Assembly: GCA_963719035.1 (NCBI GenBank)
Contig: CAVRAO010000011.1
Location: 1-64,000, forward strand
From: Methanobacteriota archaeon
Lineage (GTDB): Archaea; Halobacteriota; Bog-38; Methanoflorentales; Methanoflorentaceae
Length of the DNA: 64,000 nt
Reading direction: 5' to 3'
This document shows positions 51,101 through 62,156 of this stretch, in pieces. Position 1 is the stretch's first letter. Every line of letters starts with the position of its first letter. The notes under the pieces are model-generated. The model did not search any database, had not been told where the DNA came from, and was given only the letters and a program-made list of their open reading frames with translations. The translations under genes were made by a program, and so were the position numbers.

Positions 51101-51256
51101 TCACACTCTTCGCACTTTTTTCAACTTTACCGGCTTAAACTGTGCACAACCCTCGGGACGGTATGATGTATGGCTGGCAAACCGTCGCGTCGGCTCCATT
51201 TTTTCAGGCACAGGACAAAGCTGATAGAAGTGCTTACATGAAAGACACAGCAACAT
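51101..51256 (-). CDS. 51-aa Cys-rich microprotein
   Basis: AAGGAGG RBS before ATG; CLSCKHF...C...GCAQF. Confidence 0.55.
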   Translation of the reverse strand: MLLCLSCKHFYQLCPVPEKMEPTRRFASHTSYRPEGCAQFKPVKLKKVRRV

Positions 51257-51550
51257 CGTGGCCTCCTTGGTTTTGTGCGCAGTTGGGTTTTTCGTAAGCA
51301 AGTGGTGAAACTAACAGGACCGCGCGACTACGCAGCGACGTGTTTCATTCTTGCCAAAATCGCCTGAGCTAAAAAAAAAGCGTGTCGGCCATGAGCGCCT
51401 TACTTCTCCTTCTTGTCACGCGCGTTTGACTAGTGTTTACAACGTTCAAGAAGTACAACCGGTTGAGGTTCTTCTAGGGGTGCCCTAAATAGAAACCCTT
51501 ATAAACGTTCTACTTTGTGTTGATCATCACGAGCTGTTTGCGAGGTACTT

Positions 51551-53917
51551 ATGAAAGCTGTTAAACTTATTTCTCCACTTGTTGCGCTGCTCCTTATCAC
51601 CGTCTTCTTTGCCGGCGGTGTGACGATCACCGCTGCGACAAACGTAACGACGAATAGCACATTAACTGGCGATCCCACAACAACGCCGAGTGCTAGTCAA
51701 GCCGCTACCGTCGGCGCAGGGACTATAACGACCAGCATTAGCGCATCTGTAGATAAACAAAACGTCGCTGCAACTGAACAGTTTAACATCACCGGCAAGC
51801 TCACAGACAGTTCGAATGCAGGAATCCCCAACCAAACGGTTAACCTCGACAGATGGAACGGCGTCACGTATGTTTACACCGGCGTGAGGACGATCACTGA
51901 CGAAGATGGCAACTACAAGCTCAATCACTCGGAGTCCGTGGCTGGCACGTATAACTACTCATCTAACTTCACTGGTTTTGCCACCTATAGTGCGAGCCAC
52001 TCTTCTCCAAACGTCATCGTCACGGTTGCGGATCGGAAACCGACCGCACTTACGCTCGTCGTTGACAATACGAACCCATTCTCTAGCGAAACCTTTCACT
52101 TCACCGGACTGCTTACGAATTTGACCGGCGGCATTCCCGACGCTCGGGTTGAGCTGCAGCGTTCGTTAGATAACAGGGTTTGGTCGAGCGCCTCTGCCGC
52201 GGCTAAGACCGCTAACGGCACGGACGGACAAAGCGGGACGTTTGGTTTCGCCGGCGCCATTACTGGCGGCGGCACCGTCTACTTCCGCGCGAACTACAGC
52301 GGCAACTTCACTTACAAACCGGCCTACAGTCAAGCCCTAGTAGTCAATGTACTCAAACCAGAGACCAATATGGCTGACTTCCAGGTCAACAACGCCAATC
52401 CGATAACCGATCAAGCCATTTACTGGGCAGGCCACCTTAAAACAAATGCGACTGCTTCGAACCCCTCAAAGGCGCTTGCAGGTCAGCTCGTTTACTTGGA
52501 AGTGTCGGGAGAGGGTGTTTATTGGCAGCAAGTAAGCGATCCATTCGTGACTGACGCTGCGGGTTTATTTGCCTTTACAGGCGCTCTCGGGGCAACCGGC
52601 ACCTACTACTTCCGCGCCCACTTCTTCGGAACCGATGATGCCCGCGAGTCGGCAAGCCCTATTGTAACGGTAAAGGTCACGAGCTCCACAGCCAAGCTAC
52701 CGAGCGACCTTTCTATATTGGCATCGCCGCCGAATCCAATTGAGGGACAACTCGTCTACATCTACGGTGTGGCACGAAGCAAAGAGACTTATCCAGTTGC
52801 GTTTGCAGACGCTAAAGTCTACCTCTATTGGTCGTTAGATGGCAGCACAGGCTGGTCCTTGGCTTCTAGCAGCCCAAGTGTCGCCAACGCTTCGGGTGTC
52901 TACGCTTTCGCTGGTTCGCTTACCAAAGGCACCTACTACTTCCGCACCCACTACGACGGGAGTGCCAAGTACGAAGCGGTTGATAGTTCACCTCTGAAAG
53001 TTACTTGCACGGGGGGGCAATCTACCACGACGACCCTTACTGCGTCAACCGACACCCCCGCCATCGGCAAACCCGTCACCCTCACCGCCACCCTCAAGAG
53101 CGGCACCGCCCTCGCCGGCAAATCCGTCACCATCTACCACTACCTCAACAACGTCCGCTATAACGACTTCACCGGGACCACCGACGCTAACGGCCAGATC
53201 ACCCTCACCCAGACCTTTAGCTCTGCCGGCCAACGCCCCTACTACGCCACCTTCGCGGGTGACAGCTCCTACACCGCATCAACGAGCACCGTCGTCAACA
53301 TCAAAGTTGGAGCGACGCAGGTCGACTTCAAAGCGTCCACCACCGCCCCCGCCGTCGGCAAACCCGTCACCCTCACCGCCACCCTCAAGAGCGGCACCAC
53401 CGCTCTCTCCGGCAAATCCGTCACCATCTACCACTACCTCAACAACGTCCGCTATAACGACTTCACCGGGACCACCGACGCTAACGGCCAGATCACCCTC
53501 ACCCAGACCTTTAGCTCTGCCGGCCAACGCCCCTACTATGCCACCTTCGCGGGTGACAGCTCCTTCGCCTCATCAACGAGCACCGTCGTCAACATCAACG
53601 TCGGCGCAAGCAGCGAAAACACCACAACTATAGTTCTCCAAGCGTCCACCACCGCCCCCGCCGTCGGCAAACCAGTCACCCTCACCGCCACCCTCAAGAG
53701 CGGCACCACCGCTCTCTCCGGCAAATCCGTCACCATCTACCACTACCTCAACAACGTCCGCTACGACGATACCACCAAGACCACCAACGGTAACGGCCAG
53801 ATCATCCTCACGCAGACTTTTAGCTCTGCCGGCCAACGCCCCTACTATGCCACCTTCGCGGGTGACAGCTCCTACGCCTCATCAACGAGCACCGTCGTCA
53901 ACATCAACGTGCAATAG
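51551..53917 (+). CDS. Secreted multi-Ig-like-domain surface protein
   Basis: GAGGT RBS, signal peptide, repeated TD..G.Y/F..YYFRA.Y.G Ig-like units. Confidence 0.85.
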   Translation: MKAVKLISPLVALLLITVFFAGGVTITAATNVTTNSTLTGDPTTTPSASQAATVGAGTITTSISASVDKQNVAATEQFNITGKLTDSSNAGIPNQTVNLDRWNGVTYVYTGVRTITDEDGNYKLNHSESVAGTYNYSSNFTGFATYSASHSSPNVIVTVADRKPTALTLVVDNTNPFSSETFHFTGLLTNLTGGIPDARVELQRSLDNRVWSSASAAAKTANGTDGQSGTFGFAGAITGGGTVYFRANYSGNFTYKPAYSQALVVNVLKPETNMADFQVNNANPITDQAIYWAGHLKTNATASNPSKALAGQLVYLEVSGEGVYWQQVSDPFVTDAAGLFAFTGALGATGTYYFRAHFFGTDDARESASPIVTVKVTSSTAKLPSDLSILASPPNPIEGQLVYIYGVARSKETYPVAFADAKVYLYWSLDGSTGWSLASSSPSVANASGVYAFAGSLTKGTYYFRTHYDGSAKYEAVDSSPLKVTCTGGQSTTTTLTASTDTPAIGKPVTLTATLKSGTALAGKSVTIYHYLNNVRYNDFTGTTDANGQITLTQTFSSAGQRPYYATFAGDSSYTASTSTVVNIKVGATQVDFKASTTAPAVGKPVTLTATLKSGTTALSGKSVTIYHYLNNVRYNDFTGTTDANGQITLTQTFSSAGQRPYYATFAGDSSFASSTSTVVNINVGASSENTTTIVLQASTTAPAVGKPVTLTATLKSGTTALSGKSVTIYHYLNNVRYDDTTKTTNGNGQIILTQTFSSAGQRPYYATFAGDSSYASSTSTVVNINVQ
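53042..53907 (+). repeat. Three near-identical ~265-bp intragenic repeats (53042-53304, 53333-53598, 53642-53907)
   Basis: Each encodes GKPVTLTATLKSG...YHYLNNVRY...QRPYYATFAGDSS. Confidence 0.95.
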
Positions 53918-54473
53918 TTCGTAAGCGCTTTAGAAAAAGACCTCGCGACGAGAACGTGGTTTTCATTTGATGCTGGAAGCTTCACCGAGTTGAAGGTGTA
54001 AGTAGTGCGGCATCGCTGCGCGCTCTCTTCAAGCAGGGCGCAGCTCGCTAGGTCATCTGTCCCAGAGCAAGCTTACGTATTGCGCAAGTGAATTCGGGAA
54101 GCTACAATGATTGGTGGCTAAAATAGCTTTTCTGCAGCGTAGGGAATAAAACACGTGACGGGCCACTTGGTGGCAAAGAAACCCTGTGCTGTAGCCGTGT
54201 CCGCGCGTGCGCCCGGGCTCAGCTCGATATAGGTGCGCTGAATCTAATGAGAAACTACTTGTGCTGCAGGGTTAGTAAGCTCGCCCGTCTTACTGTCTTA
54301 CTTGCATGGTCGTGTATGCCTGCAGCCCCCTCTATGACTGTCTTCCGGATCATCAAGCACACTAATCGAATCTACGCATCTTATCAGCTTTTCATATCTT
54401 CGATCATCCCTACTGACGTTAAGATTTTAAGCTCTTCGAAAATATTATCTCCGGTAGGTGAGGACAGAGGGCT

Positions 54474-54950
54474 ATGAAAACGATCGTTATCTGTGTTTCT
54501 ATTCACCACGGCAATACGAAAAAAATCGCGGATGCGATCGCAGACGTCCTTCATGCCCAGGTATGCACGCCTGGAAAAGTGGATGCGGCCATGCTCGACG
54601 ATTGCGACCTAATCGGCGTTGGCTCCGGCATCTACTACGGACAGCATCATCAAAGCTTGCTCGATTTCGTAGACAACCTCCCGCTGCTTCACAAACAAGC
54701 GTTCGTCTTTTCGACCCGAGGCGGTGCGCTCGATCATAACCATGAGCCGCTTAAGCAACGACTGGAAAGAAAGGGGCTTCGCATTATCGCAGAGTTCTCC
54801 TGTAAAGGATTGGACACGTCGGGGGTATTCAACTACATCGGCGGCATAAACAATAATCGGCCAAACGACAATGACTTGAGCGACGCGCGGGCGTTTGCAC
54901 GCACGCTCCTCGAGCACCCTCACGCGAAACAGGCGGAACCGCCGGATTGA
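54474..54950 (+). CDS. Flavodoxin-family protein
   Basis: SIHHGNTKKIA, GVGSGIY, FSTRG, FSCKG.D. Confidence 0.85.
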   Translation: MKTIVICVSIHHGNTKKIADAIADVLHAQVCTPGKVDAAMLDDCDLIGVGSGIYYGQHHQSLLDFVDNLPLLHKQAFVFSTRGGALDHNHEPLKQRLERKGLRIIAEFSCKGLDTSGVFNYIGGINNNRPNDNDLSDARAFARTLLEHPHAKQAEPPD

Positions 54951-54967
54951 TCAAAAGGATTGACCAG

Positions 54968-55726
54968 ATGAAGCAATGGTACGAAGAACTCTTCGAAAAC
55001 GCTGCTAAGTCGTATGATAAAGAGCCGTTTGTAAAAGGAACGCACGGCGAAGTTGACTTTATTGAAAAGGAGCTCGCGTACGATAAAAGCGCCCCCGTCT
55101 TAGACATAGGGTGTGGAACCGGCCGACACGCCATTGAACTGGCAAAAAGAGGGTTCGCAGTAACTGCCGTTGATTTGTCCGCGACGCAGTTGGATCTTGC
55201 GCGCGTGAAAGCCGCAGCAGCAAACGTTCCCGTTCAGTTTGTGAGGGCTGACGCTCGCCATCTTAACTACAGCGCTCAATTTGACGCTGTGATTATGGTT
55301 TGTGAGGGTGCGTTCCCCTTGATGGAAACGGACGAGATGAATTTTGAGATACTAAAGAACGCGTTCCGCGCACTCAGACAAGGCGGCGTGTTTATCCTTA
55401 CCACTCTGAACGGACTGTTTCCTTTGTTCCATTCTGTCAAGGACTATATTAACGAGCATCAAGATCACGACAGCATCAAGGCGAGCACGTTCGATCTTAT
55501 GACGTTTCGAGACTATTCAGAATATGAACACGTTGACGATGACGGAAACAAGCACCCCATCAAATGCAACGAGCGCTACTACGTCCCGTCTGAAATTACC
55601 TGGCTGCTAAAAATGGTCGGATTCTCAGAAATCGACATATACGCGGCGGAACTGGGGAATTGGAGCCGCGACAAAAAACTGACCACGGAAGATTTGGAGA
55701 TGTTAGTGGTTACAAGAAAAGAGTAA
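54968..55726 (+). CDS. Class I SAM-dependent methyltransferase
   Basis: VLDIGCGTGRHAIELA, VDLS, FDAVIMVCEGAF. Confidence 0.9.
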   Translation: MKQWYEELFENAAKSYDKEPFVKGTHGEVDFIEKELAYDKSAPVLDIGCGTGRHAIELAKRGFAVTAVDLSATQLDLARVKAAAANVPVQFVRADARHLNYSAQFDAVIMVCEGAFPLMETDEMNFEILKNAFRALRQGGVFILTTLNGLFPLFHSVKDYINEHQDHDSIKASTFDLMTFRDYSEYEHVDDDGNKHPIKCNERYYVPSEITWLLKMVGFSEIDIYAAELGNWSRDKKLTTEDLEMLVVTRKE

Positions 55727-55996
55727 GAGCCTCGTAAAAAGCGCAACGCGCAGCTTAGTGCGTACAAAGTCAAAGGTCCTTGTGCAACCACGCGACCGAA
55801 TTTAGCGTCTCTCATTACAAAAAGGCATCAATTTGTTTGGTCGCGCCTGTTCTCTTCTTGTCTGCTACGCCATCGCTCGAGGAAATACTCGATTTATCCC
55901 ATCCAATCATTCAAAACAGTGGCCTGAATGGAAACGATTAAGTCCGCCCATCTCATTCATGGTTTAATCCGATAACAGAACTAAGAGGGTGTAGAA

Positions 55997-56713
55997 ATGA
56001 AAAATACTGGATTAGCGAGTTGGGTGGTCGTAATCTCTCTTGCGCTGGCGATGTTTTGCGCAGGTTGTACCTCGTCAACGACGCCGAGCCCAAGTGTGGG
56101 CACTTCCACTAACAACGCAACGGCACTTGGAGCGGCGATCACAGTGGTACAAGGACAGAACTTTACTATCCAGCTGCAATCGAATCCGTCAACGGGCTAC
56201 CACTGGGAACCAACCTATGACAACTCTTCTATCACCTTCATTAATCGAGCGTTTATAGCCAGCAGCGCTCCAACGCTCGGAGCGCCGGGCGCAGACACGT
56301 TTGCCTTCAAAGGCACAAAACAGGGAACGAGCATCATCACGTTCAATAACATAAGTCCATCGAACGTGACAGCAAATAGCGTGAATTACACCGTCACATG
56401 TACGACGACAAACGTGACGCAAGGAAACGCTGCGCTCGTTTCACAAGGACAGAACTTTACTATCCAGCTGCAAACGAATCCGTCAACGGGCTACCACTGG
56501 GAACCAACCTATGACAATTCTACTATTACCCTGATCAATAGGGCGTTTGCGAGCAGCGTTAGCACCGAGAGCGCTATCGTTGGAGCGGGCGGCACCGACT
56601 TGTTTACCTTCAAAGGCACAAAACAGGGAACGAGCATCATCACGTTCAATAACATAAGTCCATCGAACGTGACAGCAAATAGCGTGAGTTACACCGTCGT
56701 CATACAGTCGTAA
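55997..56713 (+). CDS. Lipoprotein with two chagasin-like (I42 cysteine protease inhibitor) domains
   Basis: Lipobox CAGC; NPSTGYHW and G(A/AG)PG/GAGG motifs occur twice; internal DNA repeat 56150-56395 / 56444-56698. Confidence 0.85.
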   Translation: MKNTGLASWVVVISLALAMFCAGCTSSTTPSPSVGTSTNNATALGAAITVVQGQNFTIQLQSNPSTGYHWEPTYDNSSITFINRAFIASSAPTLGAPGADTFAFKGTKQGTSIITFNNISPSNVTANSVNYTVTCTTTNVTQGNAALVSQGQNFTIQLQTNPSTGYHWEPTYDNSTITLINRAFASSVSTESAIVGAGGTDLFTFKGTKQGTSIITFNNISPSNVTANSVSYTVVIQS

Positions 56714-57185
56714 GGGCATTCGCCCTTCTCTTTGTTTGTGATCTCCCCTCCTGTCGCCGCGGTTTATGAAGGACGCGCGGGTGTGCTGCAGCAGAGCCTT
56801 CACTACTCCCAGCTATACCCCAGGCTGCAGTGTTTGGACCCGTTTCTTTTAGACCTGGCGCTGCAGTTTATGAGTGGTGCTGACGAGTAAGCTGGACACA
56901 TAAAGCACTCGACTGCATATTGCGTCGAGATCGATTGCATACGCACAAGAAAGCGTGACACCATCGACTACGCAGCACACGCACAACTATAAAGCGATGA
57001 TATCGCGACGCAGTCGATCCGCAAGGAAAGGATGAGCTTCCGTTTTTCGTCGCAGGACGTGCCGTCGAAGCAATCACAAAGTACGGCCCGCTCACAACTT
57101 CCAAGTGCAGCTCAGAAAAGCAAACATTACTTAGAAAAAGAGGGTGATAGGTAAATTTGCTTGAGTGCAAAGGCGGTGTATGAAA

Positions 57186-57951
57186 ATGAAATCACTGTGG
57201 AAAGGATCGATAGCGTTTGGACTGGTGAACATCCCTATAAAACTCTACTCAGCGATCGAACAAAAGCCACTTCAGAACGCGGCTCTTGCACAGAGACAAG
57301 CTCTCACCGATTCGATACAAGAAATGGTGCGACGCCTGCACGGAAGAGGTCTCATCGGATGAGATCGTACGGGGAATCGAGGTCGGCCCGGACAAATATG
57401 TCGTTATAAGCGAAGACGAGCTCCGATCCATCAGACCGGAAAAATCCACCTGGATAGAGATCGTCGAGTTTATTCACTCCCATCAGATAGATCCGATCTT
57501 TTTTAACGCCCACTACTACGTTGGTCCGGAAAGACCAAAGGACAAGACGTATTTTTTATTCAGGGACGTGCTCCGCCAGACCGGGAAAACCGCAATCGGC
57601 AAGTTTGTCATGCGGGAAAAGGAGCATGTGTGCGCAATCGAAGCCTACCGAGAGGCGTTACTTCTAACGACGCTGAACTACGACTACGAGATTAGGGACA
57701 TCAAGCGAGTCGACGGTCTTGCGGAGGAGCCGTCGATTTCACAAGCGGAAATGGACCTCGCGAGACAACTCCTCGGCCAGATCACCGTCGATGAGTTTGA
57801 CATCACTCAGTTTCACGACACGTTTGAGGACGAGCTCCAGCAGCTCGTTGCAAAAAAAGCCCGGGGTGAAACGATTAGCGTCGAAAAGATCGAATACCAC
57901 GCGACTCCCGTAGAGAACCTCATCGAAGCGTTGAAGGCAAGTCTCAAATGA
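57186..57951 (+). CDS. ku: Prokaryotic Ku (NHEJ), one frameshift near 57275
   Basis: MKSLWKGSIAFGLVNIPIKLYSA, then PIRYKK.C, YV.ISEDEL, IDPIFF..HYY, NLIEALKASL. Confidence 0.9.
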
Positions 57952-58823
57952 TGCTCGCTGCCACCGGCACGCGTGAGATTCTGCAATCTAAGTCATACAT
58001 CTTCGAGCCTAAGCTGGACGGTTATCGGGCGCTCTGCCAAAAAAGGGGAGGGACGTTACGATTGCTATCACGAAACAACCGGGACATTACCCTTGAGTTT
58101 CCAGGACTGTCGTTTGGCGATCACATTAACGCCGATTGCACGCTTGACGGCGAGATCGTGATATACGACGAAAAGGGGAACCCCTCATTTGCGCTCATGC
58201 AACAGCGAAAGCACCACCGTCCGCCGCCAACCTACGTCGCGTTTGACATACTCGAGCTGGAAGGCCGGGATCTGCGGAGGCTGCCACTTTCAGAGAGGAA
58301 GCGGCTGCTTGCTGAGGTCGTTGAGGAAGGGGGGAATTTACAGCTGATGCCAAGCACTGAAAACGGAGCAGCGCTCTGGAACGTCGTTACCACAAGAGGC
58401 CTTGAAGGAGTGATGGCAAAGAAAAAGGAAAGCGTCTACGTCACTGGACGATCCCGCGCTTGGCTTAAGATCAAGCTCGAAAAAACGGTCGATTCCGTTA
58501 TCGTCGGGTATGCAACGAAGACGAGGGAGATCGCTTCGTTGGCACTTGGGTTGTATGACGGGGCGACCCTCACTTATATTGGACAGGTCGGCACGGGCTT
58601 TAGCGAGTCGCTCCTTGAAAAACTTAGCAAGGACCTCGTCCGGGCAAGTAACGACGTTGCTCTTCCCACGAATGTGCGCCCGGTCGTTCCCGATAAAGTG
58701 TGTGAGGTCAAGTACCTTGAATATACGAAGGACGGTCGGTTAAGGGCACCGGTGTTCTTGCGGATACGCGATGACAAGTCTCCGAGCGAATGCACGATCG
58801 ACCAGGTGATAAAAGGTGCTTGA
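57948..58823 (+). CDS. ATP-dependent NHEJ DNA ligase (stand-alone LigD ligase domain)
   Basis: EPKLDGYR, LDGEIV, VAFDIL, EGVMAK, WLKIK, VGTGFS, LRAPVF..IRDDK. Confidence 0.92.
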   Translation: MMLAATGTREILQSKSYIFEPKLDGYRALCQKRGGTLRLLSRNNRDITLEFPGLSFGDHINADCTLDGEIVIYDEKGNPSFALMQQRKHHRPPPTYVAFDILELEGRDLRRLPLSERKRLLAEVVEEGGNLQLMPSTENGAALWNVVTTRGLEGVMAKKKESVYVTGRSRAWLKIKLEKTVDSVIVGYATKTREIASLALGLYDGATLTYIGQVGTGFSESLLEKLSKDLVRASNDVALPTNVRPVVPDKVCEVKYLEYTKDGRLRAPVFLRIRDDKSPSECTIDQVIKGA

Positions 58824-60158
58824 GGAGTACAGGAAAAAAAGGGACTTTGCTAAAACCGCCGAACCAGCGCCTGAGCAGTTGGAAAGCGAGCACGCGATCT
58901 ACGTCGTGCAGAAGCATAACGCGAGGCGAATACACTTTGACTTTCGCCTTGAGCACGATGGCGTCCTTAAGAGCTGGGCGGTTCCCAAGGGGCTCTCGGA
59001 CGACCCGCAGGATAAGCGGCTTGCGATCAGAACAGAGGACCATCCTGTCGCTTACGCGGCGTTCTCTGGCGAGATACCGCAAGGTGAGTACGGGGCCGGG
59101 ACCGTCGAGATCTGGGATAGGGGAAAATTTGTCAATATCACCATAAAGGGCGGAAAGGTTCAGCCGCTTAGCGAGGCGTTGGCAAAGGGACACTTCATTA
59201 TCTATCTGAAGGGTGACAAGCTCAACGGGTCCTACGCATTCACGCGTCTTGACAACGACGAGTGGGTAATCGTCAAAAAAAAGGAGAAGCCTCACCTGAG
59301 TACCGACATAGACGTTAGGGGGCACCGTATCAAGATAACGCATCCTGAAAAAGAGCTCGATGAGGGGATAACAAAAGCAGAGCTTGTGGAATACTATCGC
59401 AACGTTGCACCGTTGATGCTGCCCCATATTAAAGACAGATTCCTCTCGATGTTCAGGTTTCCCGAAGGGGTGCGCGGAGAGAAGTTCTTCCAAAAGAATA
59501 TCCCCGATTATTTTCCTGAGTGGATAGAAAGCAAGTGCCTGGAACACGAAAGCGGCGTGACCTGTTATGCGATCGTTAAGGACGAAGCAGCGATCGTCTA
59601 CATCAGTAATCAGGTTGTTGTGCCCCACATCACGGTCACGCGAATTGACAAACCTGACCTTCCTGACAAGATGATATTTGACCTCGACCCGTCTCGACCC
59701 GACGTGCCATCGCTCAAGTCAGCCGCAGTTAAGTTGAAGGGCTTTCTTGAAGCTTTAGGGTTTAAACCGTATATCATGACGACGGGGGGGAGGGCTATCA
59801 CGTTGCGGTGCCCGTCAAGCGCGAGCTTGACAACAGAGGCGTCCGAGACTTTGCCCTCAAGATCGCTCAGACCCTCGCTAAGCAAGACGACACCGTAACG
59901 ACGGAGCTAAGCACGGAAAAAAGAAAGGGACGAATCTTCATCGACGTAAACCGGATATCTGCGATGCAGACCGCGGTGGCACCGTACGCGGCACGATCAG
60001 AACCGGGCCTTCCTATTGCGAGCCCGTTTCCTTGGGACGAGCTGCCAAACATCAATCCAACGTCGTACACCATCAGAAACTACCCGAAAGAGGATGCATG
60101 GGAAAATTTCTTTTCAAATGCTGTGTCAATACGGGGTATCCTTAAGAACCTCGCGTAA
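58816..60158 (+). CDS. LigD phosphoesterase (PE)-primase/polymerase (Pol) fusion, one frameshift near 59790
   Basis: PE: EYRKKRDF..T.EP, VQKHNARRIHFDFRLE, SWAVPKG, TEDHP..Y. Pol: THPEK, RFPEG, FFQKN, FDLDP, TTGG.GYH, IFID, VAPY..R. Confidence 0.88.
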
Positions 60159-60465
60159 ACGCTCTTGAGAACGGAGCGTTGAAGGGTTTTAAACTTACAC
60201 CTCACCGGGGTTTACCCCCTTCTCTTTTCCACTTCAAACTATACCGGCTTTGTCATATCCTTGAGTACTACTCGCCTTAAGTCGCCTGCTCTCTCGAGCA
60301 TCACGCGCGAACAATTTCCCAGCCTCTCAGCCATTGCTGCACTGCCGTACAAACGGATCCATCCACACACCCGGTCGTGTGACACAGACCCTTTGTCACG
60401 CTTTTCCACGAAATCGCAGCCTCACGCGGCCTTATGACAGCACTCCGTGTAGTCTTGATTCGGAG

Positions 60466-60630
60466 ATGAGCGTGATGGCAACAAACGCAGCGACCATAAA
60501 AAACGGGGCCTGTCTCTACGGCCTTCGCTTCGGCTGTGTGAACACCACAAACGACCCGAACTGCAACAAGTGCGCAGAGCGCCTCGCCAATGCGGTGAAC
60601 AACGTGCTCAGGCCACGGCACACAAACTAA
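60466..60630 (+). CDS. ~51-54-aa Cys4 microprotein
   Basis: GGAG followed by MSVMATNAATIKNGACLYGLRFGCVNTTNDPNCNKCAERLANAV...; a second copy starts at 63965. Confidence 0.5.
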   Translation: MSVMATNAATIKNGACLYGLRFGCVNTTNDPNCNKCAERLANAVNNVLRPRHTN

Positions 60631-60771
60631 ACAGACCCTGTTTGTGGACCGTTTCTTTGATTAATTTATGGGTACGGCTGCTAAATTTACTGTTAAATCA
60701 CGCTGTTTGGCTGCTTACTGACAGCGAACGGGACTCATATTCTCCAGGTAACTCGGCGTCCGAAACGACCC

Positions 60772-61623
60772 TCATTCATTCAACTTCCAGTATACCCGAT
60801 GATCAGTAATGTCGTAAGCCACTTTGTACGTGCTGACAAGTCCGCTCAAGTGGCCCTTTATGGTAGTGACGGAAAGCCAGTATTGAGCCAGGTTGTCCTG
60901 CACGTTAAGCTCTTTGAGCACGTCGTAGATGAGGTCTTCCGTTGATCGAGCACGCTCTAAAAGTCGCAGTATCATAGCATCGATCTGTGCAAGCCGCTCT
61001 AAGTGAAGTGCGATCTGTTCAACGCTTTCTTCCTTTGACATAACCGCGCCGTGACTCGGAACGAGCCAGTCAAACGCTGTTTTTTTAATCGCGTCAAGCG
61101 AGCGGCGCGTGAGCTCGACGTCAATGGAGTAGGGCAACTTGTGACGTTCCCAGGTTGCCTTCGGGTAGAGGGCGTCTCCTGCAAAGAGCACACCGTTACA
61201 TAAGAAGCCCGTGTGCCCCATAGTATGCCCAGACAAGAGTAATGGGGTTATGCCTCCTTCGAACGGGTACTCTTCGGTATAGCGGTCGACCTTACACGGC
61301 TCTCCGCGGAAGAATTTTGTCGTCATCTCAACCGGTGGACGCGCCCAGTTAAACATGCCCCGGGCATTGAGCTCCGGATTCTCGATTAAAAATGCGTCCT
61401 CTTTCGGAGCAACTACGAGTGCTCGCGTACGCTTCTGCAGCGTACTGGCCCAAGCGAAATGATCGGCATGACCGTGGGTGATGAGGATCCCCTCAAGGTC
61501 GAGCGGGGCGTCAATAACGGCTGTATCGATTAGGTGGTTTTCGTAAAGACCGATGTTGGTTTTGCCAAGAATGCATTTGACGTCGTTTAATTCGATGAAT
61601 TTTTGTCTCACGTAATTTCGCAC
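60772..61623 (-). CDS. MBL-fold metallo-hydrolase
   Basis: THGHADH, GHTMGH, FAGDAL, VPSHG, C-terminal wHTH. Confidence 0.9.
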   Translation of the reverse strand: MRNYVRQKFIELNDVKCILGKTNIGLYENHLIDTAVIDAPLDLEGILITHGHADHFAWASTLQKRTRALVVAPKEDAFLIENPELNARGMFNWARPPVEMTTKFFRGEPCKVDRYTEEYPFEGGITPLLLSGHTMGHTGFLCNGVLFAGDALYPKATWERHKLPYSIDVELTRRSLDAIKKTAFDWLVPSHGAVMSKEESVEQIALHLERLAQIDAMILRLLERARSTEDLIYDVLKELNVQDNLAQYWLSVTTIKGHLSGLVSTYKVAYDITDHRVYWKLNE

Positions 61624-62156
61624 CCCAATTAGTCTCCAACGGTTAGCGAGAGTCTCATTCTAGCATGTGAAAAATGTGACAAGCCTCCCTTCATGTCGCG
61701 ACGATCGAGTCTTAGCAGGTCCTCAGCGATAACTCTAACGGAGCAGATTTTTTAAAATGTCAGCAATTTCATCAGGTACAGGATGGAGCTCGCAATGGAC
61801 CTATTGACGCTGCAAGACCTGCCAAACGTTTAAACATATGCTACGCGGCGGGTTTTATTACGCGACCGGCAAGAGCGAAATAACCCCTGAACAAAAAGGG
61901 TGCTAGTTCCGCACTGCCCCGTGCACTTAGCGTACGGCCTCAAACATGACTTCTTTTGTTTACATAGTGCGGCAGATTAGTTTAGGGTAGGGGGTTTTCG
62001 CACATGTTAAAACGTGCTACGTAGATTGTACTCCCGTTTTGAGGTCACCATCGACCTAATGCGGCAACTTTTATCTTAAATCGAAAGAGTATGTCTGTCT
62101 TTAAAGATCTTTGATGGTCACTGACCACCATCTAAAACACGATGAGGTGATAAACG

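Noticed and set aside
53042-53907. Near-identical repeats as a DGR template/variable pair
   Set aside because: All copies are in-frame coding, differences are not adenine-specific, and there is no reverse transcriptase in the window.
58708-59628. 306-aa minus-strand ORF (and similar long antisense ORFs such as 2778-3449 and 869-1426)
   Set aside because: Shadows of well-supported genes on the opposite strand, with no motifs.
57260-59800. Programmed frameshifting in Ku and LigD-Pol
   Set aside because: No canonical slippery heptamer with a downstream structure; similar indels are scattered across the window.
61880-61935. GGTGCTAGTTCCGCACTGCCCCG resembles part of a cobalamin riboswitch core
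   Set aside because: No GGGAA junction or B12-box, and the downstream gene is unrelated.
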